Assembly (NCBI GenBank): GCA_044226255.1
Contig: JBGAHJ010000013.1
Span: forward strand, 67,313-131,312
From: Rubrivivax sp.
GTDB taxonomy: Bacteria; Pseudomonadota; Gammaproteobacteria; Burkholderiales; Burkholderiaceae_C
Length of the DNA: 64,000 nucleotides
Reading direction: 5' to 3'
Both the position numbers and the translations under genes were made by a program. Below the pieces are notes generated by a model that was not told the DNA's origin, did not search any database, and saw nothing but the letters and a program-made list of their open reading frames with translations. This document shows positions 1 through 9,753 of this stretch, in pieces. How positions within the stretch are numbered: the first letter of the stretch is position 1; each line of letters starts with the position of its first letter.

Positions 1-766
1 CGGCCCGGGCGGCGAGGCTGCCGATGTCCCAGGGCCGGCGCAGGTCGGCGCCGATCCCCTCGATGAGCTTCGCGTAACGCCCGGACTGCGCCCGCAGCTC
101 GGCCGAGTACTGGGCCTGGTTGCCGGCGCGTCGCGACGACATCACCAGCGCCGCGGCCACCTGGCCGGCCACCATGCGGCTGCTGTCCTGTTCGATCATC
201 GCCAGGCTCATGTCGATGCCCGTCGTGATGCCCCCGGCGGTCCACAGCCTGCCGTCCTGCACGAACAGGGCCGAGTGGTCGACCCGCACGCCCGGGTACC
301 GCCGCTGCAGCGTGGCGGCCATCGACCAATGCGTGGTGGCCCGGCGCCCTTCCAGCAGGCCCCAGTGGGCGAGCGCGAAGGCACCCACGCACACCGAAAC
401 GACCCGCTGCGCCCGCGCGGCCGCCGTGGTCACCCAGCGGCGCAGGCGCTCGTCGTCGAGGGCGCGCTCCAGGCCGCTGCGCTCGGCGCCGGCGATGAAC
501 AGCGTGTCGATCGACGCCGGCTCGCCCGGCCGGATCGCGGCCGTCTGCACCTGCAAGCCGTTGGAGAGCGGCACCGGCCCGCCGCGCGATGACACGCAGC
601 GCACGCGGTAGTCCAGCTCGGGCGCGAGCCGACGGGCCATCGCGAAGGCATCCGCGGGGCCGGCGATGTCGAGCATCTGCGCCTGGTCGAACGCGAGGAT
701 GACGATGTGGCGGCGCGGCGTGGCGTCGCCACCGGCCGGCCGGGCGTTGTGGATTCGAGAAGGCAT
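1..766 (-). CDS. GlxA-family transcriptional regulator (DJ-1/PfpI + AraC HTH), 3' end runs off the window
   Basis: Manual translation from ATG 766: MPSRIHN...HIVILAFDQAQMLDIAGPADAF...VSVCVGAFALA...ATTHW...TAGGITTGIDMSL; divergent from a DJ-1 gene. Confidence 0.9.
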   Translation of the reverse strand, partial: MPSRIHNARPAGGDATPRRHIVILAFDQAQMLDIAGPADAFAMARRLAPELDYRVRCVSSRGGPVPLSNGLQVQTAAIRPGEPASIDTLFIAGAERSGLERALDDERLRRWVTTAAARAQRVVSVCVGAFALAHWGLLEGRRATTHWSMAATLQRRYPGVRVDHSALFVQDGRLWTAGGITTGIDMSLAMIEQDSSRMVAGQVAAALVMSSRRAGNQAQYSAELRAQSGRYAKLIEGIGADLRRPWDIGSLAARA

Positions 767-854
767 CGGTTGGCAAGAAAGCGCATGACCTTGTCATTGT
801 CGCCAACCGGGTGCGTTCTCACAATGCGTGCGGTTCAAGCCACGACACACAGCC

Positions 855-1559
855 ATGCACTCTCCGCTCCGAGTTGCCTTCCTGCTCTATCCGCAGCTGA
901 CCCAGCTGGACCTCACCGGCCCCGCACAGGTGTTCGCGGCGGCCGGCTGCGACGTCCGCTACGTGTGGCGCGACAAGGAGCCCGTGCCGAGCGACGCCGG
1001 CCTGAGGCTGTGCCCGACGGACACGTTCGAGTCTTGCCCGCCCTGCGACGTGCTCTGCGTCCCCGGCGGCCCCGGGCAGGGGCGATGGATGCAGGACGCG
1101 GCCGTGCTCGCATGGCTGAGCAGACAAGGAGCGAGTGCCGCCTGGATCACGAGTGTCTGCTCGGGCTCGCTGCTGCTGGGGGCCGCCGGCCTGCTCGGCG
1201 GCTACCGGGCGGCCAGCCACTGGAACTACCGCGAGTACCTCGGCCTGTTCGGCGCGACACCGGATGCCGCGCGCGTGGTCAGAGATCGCAACCGCATCAC
1301 CGGCGGCGGCGTGACGGCCGGCATCGACGTGGCGCTGACCGTGCTGTCCGAGGTGCTCGGGGCCGACGAGGCGCAGCAGGTGCAGCTGCTGCTGGAATAC
1401 GCGCCCGAACCACCCTTCGACCATGGTCGCCCGGAGTCCTGCAGCGAGGCGATGGTGGCCGCCGTGCGGGCGCGGCTGAAGGTGCAGCAGGAAAGGGCCG
1501 AACGGGCACTGGCCCGACATCCCGTGCAGGCGGCTGACCGGAACGTGTCTGCGTCCTGA
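855..1559 (+). CDS. DJ-1/PfpI family protein (isonitrile hydratase-like)
   Basis: LTQLDLTGPAQVF, VPGGPG, SVCSGSLLLGAAGLL, RITGGGVTAGID, LLLEYAPEPPF. Confidence 0.9.
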   Translation: MHSPLRVAFLLYPQLTQLDLTGPAQVFAAAGCDVRYVWRDKEPVPSDAGLRLCPTDTFESCPPCDVLCVPGGPGQGRWMQDAAVLAWLSRQGASAAWITSVCSGSLLLGAAGLLGGYRAASHWNYREYLGLFGATPDAARVVRDRNRITGGGVTAGIDVALTVLSEVLGADEAQQVQLLLEYAPEPPFDHGRPESCSEAMVAAVRARLKVQQERAERALARHPVQAADRNVSAS

Positions 1560-1625
1560 CGCTGGCGTGCGCGACACGCCGGCCGCCGGCGACGAGACTG
1601 CTCGTCCCAGCACGGATGTTCGACC

Positions 1626-2531
1626 ATGACCCCTCTCAAGTACCTCGTCGTCGGCGCCAGCCGCTCCGGACTGCTGACTGCGCAAAGGCTCGGTGCCGAA
1701 GGGCACGAGGTGACCCTGGTGTCGCGGCGCGGCGGACAGGCGACGGCGAAGGGCGTCAGGCACCTCGCCCTGGACGCGTCGGACCCGGCGGCGCTGGCCC
1801 GCGTGGCCGCCGGGACGCAGACCATCTTCAATTGCGCGATGCCCGCCTACGATCGCTGGCCGCGGGAGTTCCCGGTTCTGGCCGGCGCGGTGCTTGCGGC
1901 CGCGGAGCAGTCGGGCGCCGATCTCGTCACCCTAGGCAACATCTACGGCTACGGGGAGCTGACGGCCGAGCCGATCGTCGAGTCGAGGGCGCTGAATCCC
2001 ATCTCGGTCAAGGGCGTGGTTCGGGCCGGCATGTGGGCCGCCGCGCGGGCCTCGCGGGCCCGGGTCACCGAGGTTCGCGCCAGCGACTTCCTGGGGCGAG
2101 GTGTCGTCTCGTACTTCACCTGGATGGTGCTCCCGAGCATCAGCCGCGGCGAGACGGCGAGCTTTCCCGGCGACCTGGACGCCCTTCACAGCTGGACCTT
2201 CACCGACGACGTGGTGTCGACGCTGATCGCTGCGTCTCGCTCGGGCGAGTCGTGGGGACGGGCCTGGCACGTGCCGTCCATCGACCTGTCCCTGCGCGAG
2301 CTGACGCTGCGCACGGCGCGCATCGCGGGCTTCAAGGAGCCCGGCCTGCGCCGCATGTCTTTGCACGAGCTGGCCGTGGCCGCCACCGAGGTCCCCGTGA
2401 TGCGCGAGGTGATGGAGATGGCGTACCTGTTCGAGAAGCCCTGCCTGCTCAACGCCGAGGAGACCGCGCGGGCGCTGCGCGTGGCGGCCACGCCCGTGGA
2501 GCGGGTGATCGAGGACATGGTTGCCGCATGA
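1626..2531 (+). CDS. NAD-dependent epimerase/dehydratase family protein
   Basis: Rossmann-like VVGASRSG, FNCAMPAY, GNIYGYG, RASDFLG, HSWTFTDD. Confidence 0.8.
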   Translation: MTPLKYLVVGASRSGLLTAQRLGAEGHEVTLVSRRGGQATAKGVRHLALDASDPAALARVAAGTQTIFNCAMPAYDRWPREFPVLAGAVLAAAEQSGADLVTLGNIYGYGELTAEPIVESRALNPISVKGVVRAGMWAAARASRARVTEVRASDFLGRGVVSYFTWMVLPSISRGETASFPGDLDALHSWTFTDDVVSTLIAASRSGESWGRAWHVPSIDLSLRELTLRTARIAGFKEPGLRRMSLHELAVAATEVPVMREVMEMAYLFEKPCLLNAEETARALRVAATPVERVIEDMVAA

Positions 2532-3370
2532 CGGTCGCGCAGCCTCCGGCGCCGGCCGGGATCAACCTCCTGCGCCGGCGCAGCCCGGCCGGCGATGTGG
2601 TGCTGCCGGTCGTGTCCGCGCACCGGATCAGCCTGCACCTGAGCGGGCGTACCGCCACGAGATGCCGCGAAACCGGCTCGAGCTTCGTGCGGCGCCGGGG
2701 CCACGTGGACCTGACGCCGGCCGGCACTTCGGGAGGCTTCGTGGCGGCCGAAGCCAGCGAGTGGTTCGAACTGCGCGTGCCGGTCGCACTCGTGCACGGC
2801 ATGGCCGATGCATCGACGCCGGCGGGTTCGCCGCCGCCGGGGCTGGCGGTCAGGCACATGCTGGAGGACCGTGCTCTCACCCACCTGCTGCTGGCGCTGG
2901 AGGCCGATGAACGGGCCGGCCATCCCGGGGGCAGCCAGTTCGTCGAAGCCCTGGCCACCGCCATCGCGCTGCGGCTGCGGTCGCTTCAGGGCGGGCCCGT
3001 GCCGGCGCCGCCCGACGTGGCCTCGGCGCGTCGGATCCAGCGCTCGCTCGACTTCATCGAGACCCACCTCTCGTCGGCCCTGTCCATCGAGCAGCTGGCC
3101 GCGGCGGCCGGCCTCAGCATGTCCAGCCTGCAGCGCGGCTTCAGGGCGGTGACGGGCGAACCCGTCCACCGCTACGTCGTGCGGCGACGCGTGGAACATG
3201 CGCGGGAACTGCTGCGCCAGTGCGAACTGCCGGCCAGCGAAGTGGCGCTCGCAGCCGGCTTCTCGCACCAGAGCCACATGGCGCGCTGGATGAAGCGGCT
3301 GACGGGAGTTGCACCGCATGAGATACGCCGGGCGGCCGCGAAGCCCGCGATGGATGGCGACGCCACGTGA
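2528..3370 (+). CDS. AraC-family transcriptional regulator
   Basis: ATGA overlap with the upstream stop; LSIEQLAAAAGLSMSSLQRGF, VALAAGFSHQSHMARWMKR. Confidence 0.9.
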   Translation: MTVAQPPAPAGINLLRRRSPAGDVVLPVVSAHRISLHLSGRTATRCRETGSSFVRRRGHVDLTPAGTSGGFVAAEASEWFELRVPVALVHGMADASTPAGSPPPGLAVRHMLEDRALTHLLLALEADERAGHPGGSQFVEALATAIALRLRSLQGGPVPAPPDVASARRIQRSLDFIETHLSSALSIEQLAAAAGLSMSSLQRGFRAVTGEPVHRYVVRRRVEHARELLRQCELPASEVALAAGFSHQSHMARWMKRLTGVAPHEIRRAAAKPAMDGDAT

Positions 3371-3404
3371 GCCGGTGACCGCGCCGGCGCCGCCTGCTCC
3401 GAGG

Positions 3405-4013
3405 TCAGGACCAGACCCGGTAGACCTTGCCGGACTCGATGCCCTCGATGCTCCGGACGTAGGCCTTGGCCACGCGCGCGCCGGCCACGGACTCGAACCC
3501 GGCGAAGTAGGGGCCATAGGTGCCGACCGATTCGTCGATGATCGTCGGGCTGACCACGTTGATGCGCTGGCCCCGCTCCAGTTCGCCGGCGGCGGCCGCT
3601 GCAAAACCCTCGATGCCGCGATTGACCGTGGCCATGTTCGCGCCATATCGGATGAAGGCGTCGGACACCACGCCGCTCGTCAGCGTGATGGATCCGCCGT
3701 CCTTCAGGAAGGCCTGCCCCACGAGCGCCAGGTCGATCTGACCCAGCAGCTTGTTCCTGAGGCCCACCATGAACTGGTCGGCCGTGGTGGAGGGCACCAA
3801 TCCGTAGTGGACCTTGCCCGCGGTGGAGACGATGGCGTCGACCTGGCCCACCTTCTCGAACATCTGGAGGATCGACGCGCTGTCGGTGATGTCGACCTGC
3901 AGGGTGCCGCGCGTGTTGCCGGCCTCGATGAGGTCACCCACGCTCAGCAGCGTCTTCGCCACCACCTGGCCCAGCATGCCGGTGGCGCCGACCAGCAGAA
4001 TCTTCTTCGTCAT
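3405..4013 (-). CDS. Short-chain dehydrogenase
   Basis: ILLVGATGMLG, VDAIVSTAG, SITLTSG, RINVVSP. Confidence 0.9.
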   Translation of the reverse strand: MTKKILLVGATGMLGQVVAKTLLSVGDLIEAGNTRGTLQVDITDSASILQMFEKVGQVDAIVSTAGKVHYGLVPSTTADQFMVGLRNKLLGQIDLALVGQAFLKDGGSITLTSGVVSDAFIRYGANMATVNRGIEGFAAAAAGELERGQRINVVSPTIIDESVGTYGPYFAGFESVAGARVAKAYVRSIEGIESGKVYRVWS

Positions 4014-4123
4014 CTCTCGGATCTCCAGGTTGCTGGACTCGTTGGCCCGGGCGCCAATGTCGCAGCGCTGGCATCGAAGAAAAAGTCGCGGCCGGCGCCA
4101 TCACCAACAACTGCAGGTTTCGA

Positions 4124-5017
4124 ATGGACCGACTCGCTGGGATGGAAGTGTTCGTCACCGTGGTCGAGGCGGGCAGCATGGCGGCGGCCGCCAAGCGCCT
4201 GGACATGACGGCGCAGATGATCGGCAAGCACATCCAGTTCCTGGAGCAGCGACTGGGCGCGTCGGTGCTGATCCGGACGACGCGGCAGCAGCGCCTGACC
4301 GAGGCCGGGCAGCAGTTTTACCGAAGCTGCAAGGCGATCCTCGACCAGATCACGGCGGCGGAGCGCGCGATGGCCATGGCCGGTTCGGAGACCAGCGGCC
4401 GCCTGCGCATCACGGCGCCGGTGACGCTGGGCACGACCTGCCTGGCGCCGGCGCTGGTCGACTTCATGGCGCTGCATCCGCGGCTCACGATCGACCTGCA
4501 CCTGGACGACACCATCGTCGACCTGGTGGGCGGTGGCTTCGACGCCGCGATCCGCGTCGGCGCCCTTGCGGATTCAGGCCTCATCGCCCGCCCGCTGGCC
4601 GCGTACCGGCTGCTGGTCTGCGCGTCGCCCGAGTACCTGGCTCGCCATGGCACGCCGCAGACCCCGGCGGATCTCGTCGACCACAGGACGCTGGACTTCG
4701 CGCATTGGCCCAGGCATGGCGGCTGGCAGTTCCAGGTGCCGAGGTCGTCGGGCCTGCGCATGCCCGAAAGCCGTCTGATCTCCAACGCGGGCGCGGCGCT
4801 GCGCGTCGCGGCGCTGCGGGGTTTCGGCCTGATCATGCAACCCGAGCTGCTGCTGCGGGAGGACATCCAGGCCGGGCGCCTGGTGCCGGTGCTGGTGGAT
4901 GTCCTCGCGCCGACGATGCCCGTGCACGTCCTCTTCCACAAGGACCGGCAGCAACTGCCCCGCGTGCGGTCGCTGGTGGATTTCCTGGTGTCGCGCCTGT
5001 CGAAGAGCCTGGGCTGA
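4124..5017 (+). CDS. LysR-family regulator (DmlR/CrgA-like)
   Basis: MDRLAGMEVFVTVVEAGSMAAAA HTH; GRLRITAP; divergent from the SDR. Confidence 0.95.
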   Translation: MDRLAGMEVFVTVVEAGSMAAAAKRLDMTAQMIGKHIQFLEQRLGASVLIRTTRQQRLTEAGQQFYRSCKAILDQITAAERAMAMAGSETSGRLRITAPVTLGTTCLAPALVDFMALHPRLTIDLHLDDTIVDLVGGGFDAAIRVGALADSGLIARPLAAYRLLVCASPEYLARHGTPQTPADLVDHRTLDFAHWPRHGGWQFQVPRSSGLRMPESRLISNAGAALRVAALRGFGLIMQPELLLREDIQAGRLVPVLVDVLAPTMPVHVLFHKDRQQLPRVRSLVDFLVSRLSKSLG

Positions 5018-5199
5018 TCCGGCACCGCCGCCTGATGCGGTCCCGGCCATCTCTCCGAAGAATGGAAGAGTGTTCTGCGCCTCGGACCCATTGATGCCGC
5101 GAGCCATCGTGCCAATCATCCGGTGAGACCGACGCCACACACCGCAGCGCTGCCGGCGCCGCACCGTGGCCGTTCCCACGCACCACAGGACACACGCTC

Positions 5200-5823
5200 A
5201 TGAAGATCGCCCTGATCGGCGCCACCGGATACACCGGGTCCCGAATCCTCGCCGAAGCCCTGGCCCGCGGCCACGAGGTCACCGCGCTCGTGCGCGATGC
5301 GGGGAAGGTGCCGCCCAACCCCCGCGTGACGGCGCAGGCCGTGGACGTGGTGAACACCCACGAGCTGGCGCAACGGATCGCGAACCACGACGTGGTCGTC
5401 AGCGCGTTCAACCCGGGAAAGGACCCGACCGGGCTGGGCGCGGCATCGATTCTCCAGGCCGCGAAGACCGCGCAGGTGAAGCGCCTGTTCGTCGTGGGCG
5501 GAGCGGGCAGCCTGGAGATAGCGTCGGGCCAGCGCCTGGTGGATCAGCCCGACTTCCCCGCGCCATGGCGTGATGGCGCGCTGAAGACCGCCGCGTTCCT
5601 CGATGCCCTGAAGGCCGTGGGCGATCTCGACTGGACCTTCCTGAGCCCGGCCGCGAACCTGGCGCCCGGCCAGCGCACCGGTGTGTACCGCACCGGGGCC
5701 GATCGCCTCCTTGTCGATGCGTCGGGGAACAGCCGCATATCGAACGAGGACCTCGCCGTCGCGGCCCTGGACGAGCTGGAGCGTCCGCAGCACCTTCGCA
5801 GGCGCTTCACGGTGGCCTACTGA
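5200..5823 (+). CDS. NAD(P)H-binding oxidoreductase (YwnB-like)
   Basis: MKIALIGATGYTG, LFVVGGAGSL, LDWTFLSP, SRISNEDLAVA. Confidence 0.9.
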   Translation: MKIALIGATGYTGSRILAEALARGHEVTALVRDAGKVPPNPRVTAQAVDVVNTHELAQRIANHDVVVSAFNPGKDPTGLGAASILQAAKTAQVKRLFVVGGAGSLEIASGQRLVDQPDFPAPWRDGALKTAAFLDALKAVGDLDWTFLSPAANLAPGQRTGVYRTGADRLLVDASGNSRISNEDLAVAALDELERPQHLRRRFTVAY

Positions 5824-5853
5824 GCCCCATGCGATGCGCCCTAAGATCGTTCG

Positions 5854-6354
5854 ATGAATTCCGAACACACCGATTGGGAACGGCGTCTCTCGCAGCTGTG
5901 GGCGAAACTGGACGGCATGGAGGTGCCGGCGTTTCTTTCGCAGATGCGCCAGTTGACGTCGGAACGCGGCGATGGCGATCCGGCCGCCCTTTTCGAGATG
6001 GGCGCCGCGAACGATTCGACCGGCTTTCCCGAGAAGGCCGCGGTGCTGTACGAGCAAGCGCTGCAGGCGGGCCTGTCAGGCATCCGGCGGCGCAGGGCCA
6101 GGATCCAGATGGCCAGTTCGCTGCGCAACCTCGGGCAGGCGCAGCAGGCGGCGGCCATCCTGGCCGACGAGATGAAGCAGCCGTCGGATGAACTGGATCA
6201 GGCCGTCGCGGCCTTCCTGGCGCTGGCGCTCGCCGACCTGGGGCGCGAGCGCGAAGCGCTGGCCATCAGCCTGGGCGCACTCTCGACCTACCTGCCGCGC
6301 TACAACCGGTCGCTGGCCCGCTACGCCGAGGCGCTGCGGGCCGGGGACCGGTGA
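5854..6354 (+). CDS. Tetratricopeptide-repeat protein
   Basis: ALFEMGAANDSTG, RARIQMASSLRNLG, YLPRYNRSLARYA. Confidence 0.75.
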   Translation: MNSEHTDWERRLSQLWAKLDGMEVPAFLSQMRQLTSERGDGDPAALFEMGAANDSTGFPEKAAVLYEQALQAGLSGIRRRRARIQMASSLRNLGQAQQAAAILADEMKQPSDELDQAVAAFLALALADLGREREALAISLGALSTYLPRYNRSLARYAEALRAGDR

Positions 6355-6384
6355 CACGGCCCAGCTGCGCTGCGCTCGACGCTG

Positions 6385-6780
6385 TCACGCCGAGGCTTCG
6401 AGCGCGAAGCCCTCGTCGATCCAGCCGGTCACGCCGCCGGCCATGATCTTCACCGGACGGCCGAGCTTCGCCAGCCGCAGGGCACCGCGCGCGGCGCCAT
6501 TGCAATGGGGGCCGGCGCAGTAGGTCACGAACAAGGTGTCCTGGGGCCAGGCGCTCAGGGTCGATTCGACGATCTTGCCATGCGGCATGCTGATCGCACC
6601 CGCGATGTGCCCCTTGGCGTAGAGCGCGGGGCTGCGCACGTCCAGCAGGACGAAGTCAGGCCCCTTGCTCATGGCGTCGTTGACGTCCCAGCAGTCCGTC
6701 TCGAAGGTGAACTCGGCACTGAAATGGGCGACGGCCTCTGCGGATGGCGCCGCCGGGGTGGTGGAAACGGAACTGGGCAT
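6385..6780 (-). CDS. Rhodanese-like domain protein (type normally paired with FtrA)
   Basis: FETDCWDV, LLDVRSPALYAKGHIAGA, YCAGPHCNGA. Confidence 0.9.
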   Translation of the reverse strand: MPSSVSTTPAAPSAEAVAHFSAEFTFETDCWDVNDAMSKGPDFVLLDVRSPALYAKGHIAGAISMPHGKIVESTLSAWPQDTLFVTYCAGPHCNGAARGALRLAKLGRPVKIMAGGVTGWIDEGFALEASA

Positions 6781-6888
6781 CAGGGGCTCCCTGCACATGG
6801 AAGCCCGCATCTTTTTCTTCCGCCGCTCGGAGGACAAGGGCCGCCGGCGACGTTTGTCGACAAGATCGCGCCAGCCCGCGCGCCGCGC

Positions 6889-7527
6889 TCAGACGGCTCT
6901 GCGCGGCTCCAGGGCCAGGCGCACGGCCAGTGCGGCCAGCACCGTACCCATGACGCAGCGCTGCGCCGCCAGCCAGCGCGGGCTGCGCGAGAACCAGCCC
7001 GCGAGCCGCGCCGCCGACAACACGATGAGCAGGTTGACGCTGAAGCTCACGGCGATCTGCGTCACGCCCAGCTGCACGCTCTGCGCGAAGAGCGAACCAT
7101 GCCCCGGCGACACGAACTGGGGAAAGATGGCGAGGTAGAAGACGGCGATCTTCGGATTCAGCACGTTCGTCAGGAAGCCCATCAGGAACAGGCGCGTCGG
7201 CGGATCGGCCGGCAGATCCCGTGCTTCGAAAGGCGATCGGGCGCCCGGCCTGACGGCCTGCCAGGCCATGTAGAGCAGGTACAGCGCACCGGTCCACTTC
7301 AGCGGCTCGTAGGCCAGCGGCACGGCCATGAACAGGGCCGTCAGGCCCCCGGCCGCCGCCAGCATGTGCACGAGGAAACCAGCGACGACGCCGAGCAGGG
7401 ACACCACGCCGGCCCTGCGGCCCTGGCAGATGGAGCGCGAGACCAGGTAGATCATGTTCGGGCCCGGTGTCAGGACCATCACCAGCGCAGCACCGGCGAA
7501 CAGCAGGAGATCGGGAAGCGGCACCAT
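6889..7527 (-). CDS. LysE-family translocator
   Basis: LTPGPNMIY, GFLTNVLNPKIAVFYLAIFPQF; hydrophobic helices. Confidence 0.95.
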   Translation of the reverse strand: MVPLPDLLLFAGAALVMVLTPGPNMIYLVSRSICQGRRAGVVSLLGVVAGFLVHMLAAAGGLTALFMAVPLAYEPLKWTGALYLLYMAWQAVRPGARSPFEARDLPADPPTRLFLMGFLTNVLNPKIAVFYLAIFPQFVSPGHGSLFAQSVQLGVTQIAVSFSVNLLIVLSAARLAGWFSRSPRWLAAQRCVMGTVLAALAVRLALEPRRAV

Positions 7528-7754
7528 GGAACCCCGGGGGCGATGGGAAGAGTCGCTTCATTGTGGCGCGCCCCGGTCCGCTTCGCCTGGGCCCGCGGCC
7601 GGCATCTGGCGCGCCGGTGGCGCCAATCCGATGCCTGAGATTCGACATTCCCCACTCGGGCTCGTTCCTAAACTGCAAGGAGGCTCATGGTCTCCGCTGG
7701 CACATCCTGCAGCCGCGGCATGGGTTCCACCAACCACGACGAATGAAGCACCGA

Positions 7755-8723
7755 ATGAAACTGATGAAGACGATGACGCGACGCGGCGTCTCGCTGGTCA
7801 TGGCCATCCTTCTCGTCGCGCCCGCCTGGGCCGCGGCACCGCAGCAGAAAGGCCAGGCACCGGGCTTCCACCGCATGATGCTGGGCCGGTTCGAAGTCAC
7901 GGCGCTGCACGATGGCAGCATCGATCTGGAACCGGGCAAGCTGCTGACGAATTCACCGCCTGCCCGGATCGAAAAGGCCCTGCATGCCGAGTTGCAGGGC
8001 CCCGTGATCCCGGCCTCGGTCAATGCGTTCCTGATCAACACCGGCGAGAAGCTCGTCCTCATCGACAGCGGCACCGGGCCCAGCGGCGTCGTCGGCCCGA
8101 AGCTGGGCCAGCTGCTGCGCAACCTGGGCGCCGCGGGCTACACGCCCGAGCAGGTGGACGAGGTCTACCTCACCCACGTTCACCCCGACCACGTCGGCGG
8201 GCTGCTCACGACCTCGGGGATGGCGTTTCCCCAGGCGGTGATCCGCCTCGACCAGCGCGAGCTCAGGTACTGGACCGATGCCGGGCAGGCCAGGCTGGCG
8301 CCGGAAGCGCACCGCCCCTTCTTCGCGTTCGCAGGGTCTGCCCTCAAGCCCTACGCCGACGCCGGCCGTGTGAAGCCGTTTGACGGCAGCACCGAACTCA
8401 CGCCCGGCATCCGGGCGATTTCAGCAAACGGCCACACCCATGGTCACACGGTGTACCGGGTTGAATCGGTGGGGCGCCAACTGCTGGTGTGGGGCGACGT
8501 GATGCACGTCGGCGCGGTTCAGTTCCCGGAGCCGCAGGTCACGATCGTCTTCGACACCGATTCCCCGAAGGCCGCCCGGGCCCGAAGCAAGGTCTTCGCC
8601 GAAGCCGCGGCGGGCGGCGTGATCGTGGCCGCTGCCCACCAGCCCTTTCCGGGCCTCGGCCGGCTGGTGCGTGCGGGCAAGGGGTACCGGTTCGTGCCAT
8701 ACCCCTACGACGGCGAGAAGTAG
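7755..8723 (+). CDS. Secreted metallo-beta-lactamase-fold hydrolase (methyl-parathion hydrolase/lactonase-like); start uncertain (7743-7773)
   Basis: Signal peptide TRRGVSLVMAILLVAPAWA; THVHPDHVGG (HxHxDH); GHTHGH; WGDVMH; HQPFPG. Confidence 0.85.
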   Translation: MKLMKTMTRRGVSLVMAILLVAPAWAAAPQQKGQAPGFHRMMLGRFEVTALHDGSIDLEPGKLLTNSPPARIEKALHAELQGPVIPASVNAFLINTGEKLVLIDSGTGPSGVVGPKLGQLLRNLGAAGYTPEQVDEVYLTHVHPDHVGGLLTTSGMAFPQAVIRLDQRELRYWTDAGQARLAPEAHRPFFAFAGSALKPYADAGRVKPFDGSTELTPGIRAISANGHTHGHTVYRVESVGRQLLVWGDVMHVGAVQFPEPQVTIVFDTDSPKAARARSKVFAEAAAGGVIVAAAHQPFPGLGRLVRAGKGYRFVPYPYDGEK

Positions 8724-8740
8724 ACCGGGCCGCGCACCGC

Positions 8741-9652
8741 TCAACGGGCCGCCTGCTGCACCCGGTACCGGCTGGGCGAGCAGGCCATGATGCGCTTGAA
8801 GGCGCTGCTGAACGCGCTGTCGGAGTCGTAGCCCAGCCGCTCCGCGATGGCCGAGACCGTGCGGCCGCCCTGGCGCAGCTCCTGCGCGGCCAGCAGCATG
8901 CGCCAGCGCAGCACGTACTCGAGCGGGCCCATGGACATCTGCAGCTTGAAGCGCTGCGCGAAGGTCGAGCGAGACAGGCCCGCGACCTCGGCCAGTCCCT
9001 CGACGGACCAGCGCCGCTCGGGGTTGCCGTGAATGGCCTGCACGGCCGCCCGCAAGGGGGCATCGGACAACGCCCGCAACCAACCGGCGGCCAGCGGCGC
9101 GTCGGACGCGAGGTAGAGCCGCAGAAACTGCACCAGCATCATCTGCGCCAGGTTCTCGATCACGAGCGCCGCGCCGGGCGAAGGCTGTGCCAGCTCCTGG
9201 CCCAGCTGCTTCAGTGACCACTGCAGCACCTCGGCCCCGGGCGCACGGCCGCGCAGCATCGCCAGCGGCGGCAGGCCGTCCAGCAGCAGGCGCACCGGGT
9301 CGCTGAGGTCGAACCGTCCGCCGACCAGGAAGAACTCGTCGGCCGAACCCAGCCGCAGCACATGCTCCCTGGCCGTGCTGAAGAGAGCCGGCCCGTCAAG
9401 CGGCTCCACATCGGGGTGGCTGGCCAGCGTGTAGGTACCGGGGCGGCTGATGAGGTAGCTGTCGCCCGCCTGCACCTCGTGCCAGCCCGGCACACCATCG
9501 ACGGCCAGCCAGCATGAGCCGCTGAGGACGGCGTGGAACTTGATGCCGACCGGCGGCGGAAAGCGCACGGCCCACGATCCCGCGGCCTTGACGCCCGCGA
9601 AGAAGGAGTGCCGGGTGCCGAGCAGCGACAGCACCTGGGAAAGGGGGTCCAA
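8741..9652 (-). CDS. AraC-family regulator with cupin N-domain
   Basis: TTG start MDPLSQVL; WSVEGLAEVAGLSRSTFAQRF; LGYDSDSAFSSAFKR. Confidence 0.9.
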   Translation of the reverse strand: MDPLSQVLSLLGTRHSFFAGVKAAGSWAVRFPPPVGIKFHAVLSGSCWLAVDGVPGWHEVQAGDSYLISRPGTYTLASHPDVEPLDGPALFSTAREHVLRLGSADEFFLVGGRFDLSDPVRLLLDGLPPLAMLRGRAPGAEVLQWSLKQLGQELAQPSPGAALVIENLAQMMLVQFLRLYLASDAPLAAGWLRALSDAPLRAAVQAIHGNPERRWSVEGLAEVAGLSRSTFAQRFKLQMSMGPLEYVLRWRMLLAAQELRQGGRTVSAIAERLGYDSDSAFSSAFKRIMACSPSRYRVQQAAR

Positions 9653-9753
9653 CGGTTCTTCCGGACGATCGCGACAGGAAGCCGGACTCTAGGGCATTCA
9701 ATCCGCCGCGTGCCCTTTCCAGAATCTGCGCATCGCACATGAAGGACTTCTCG

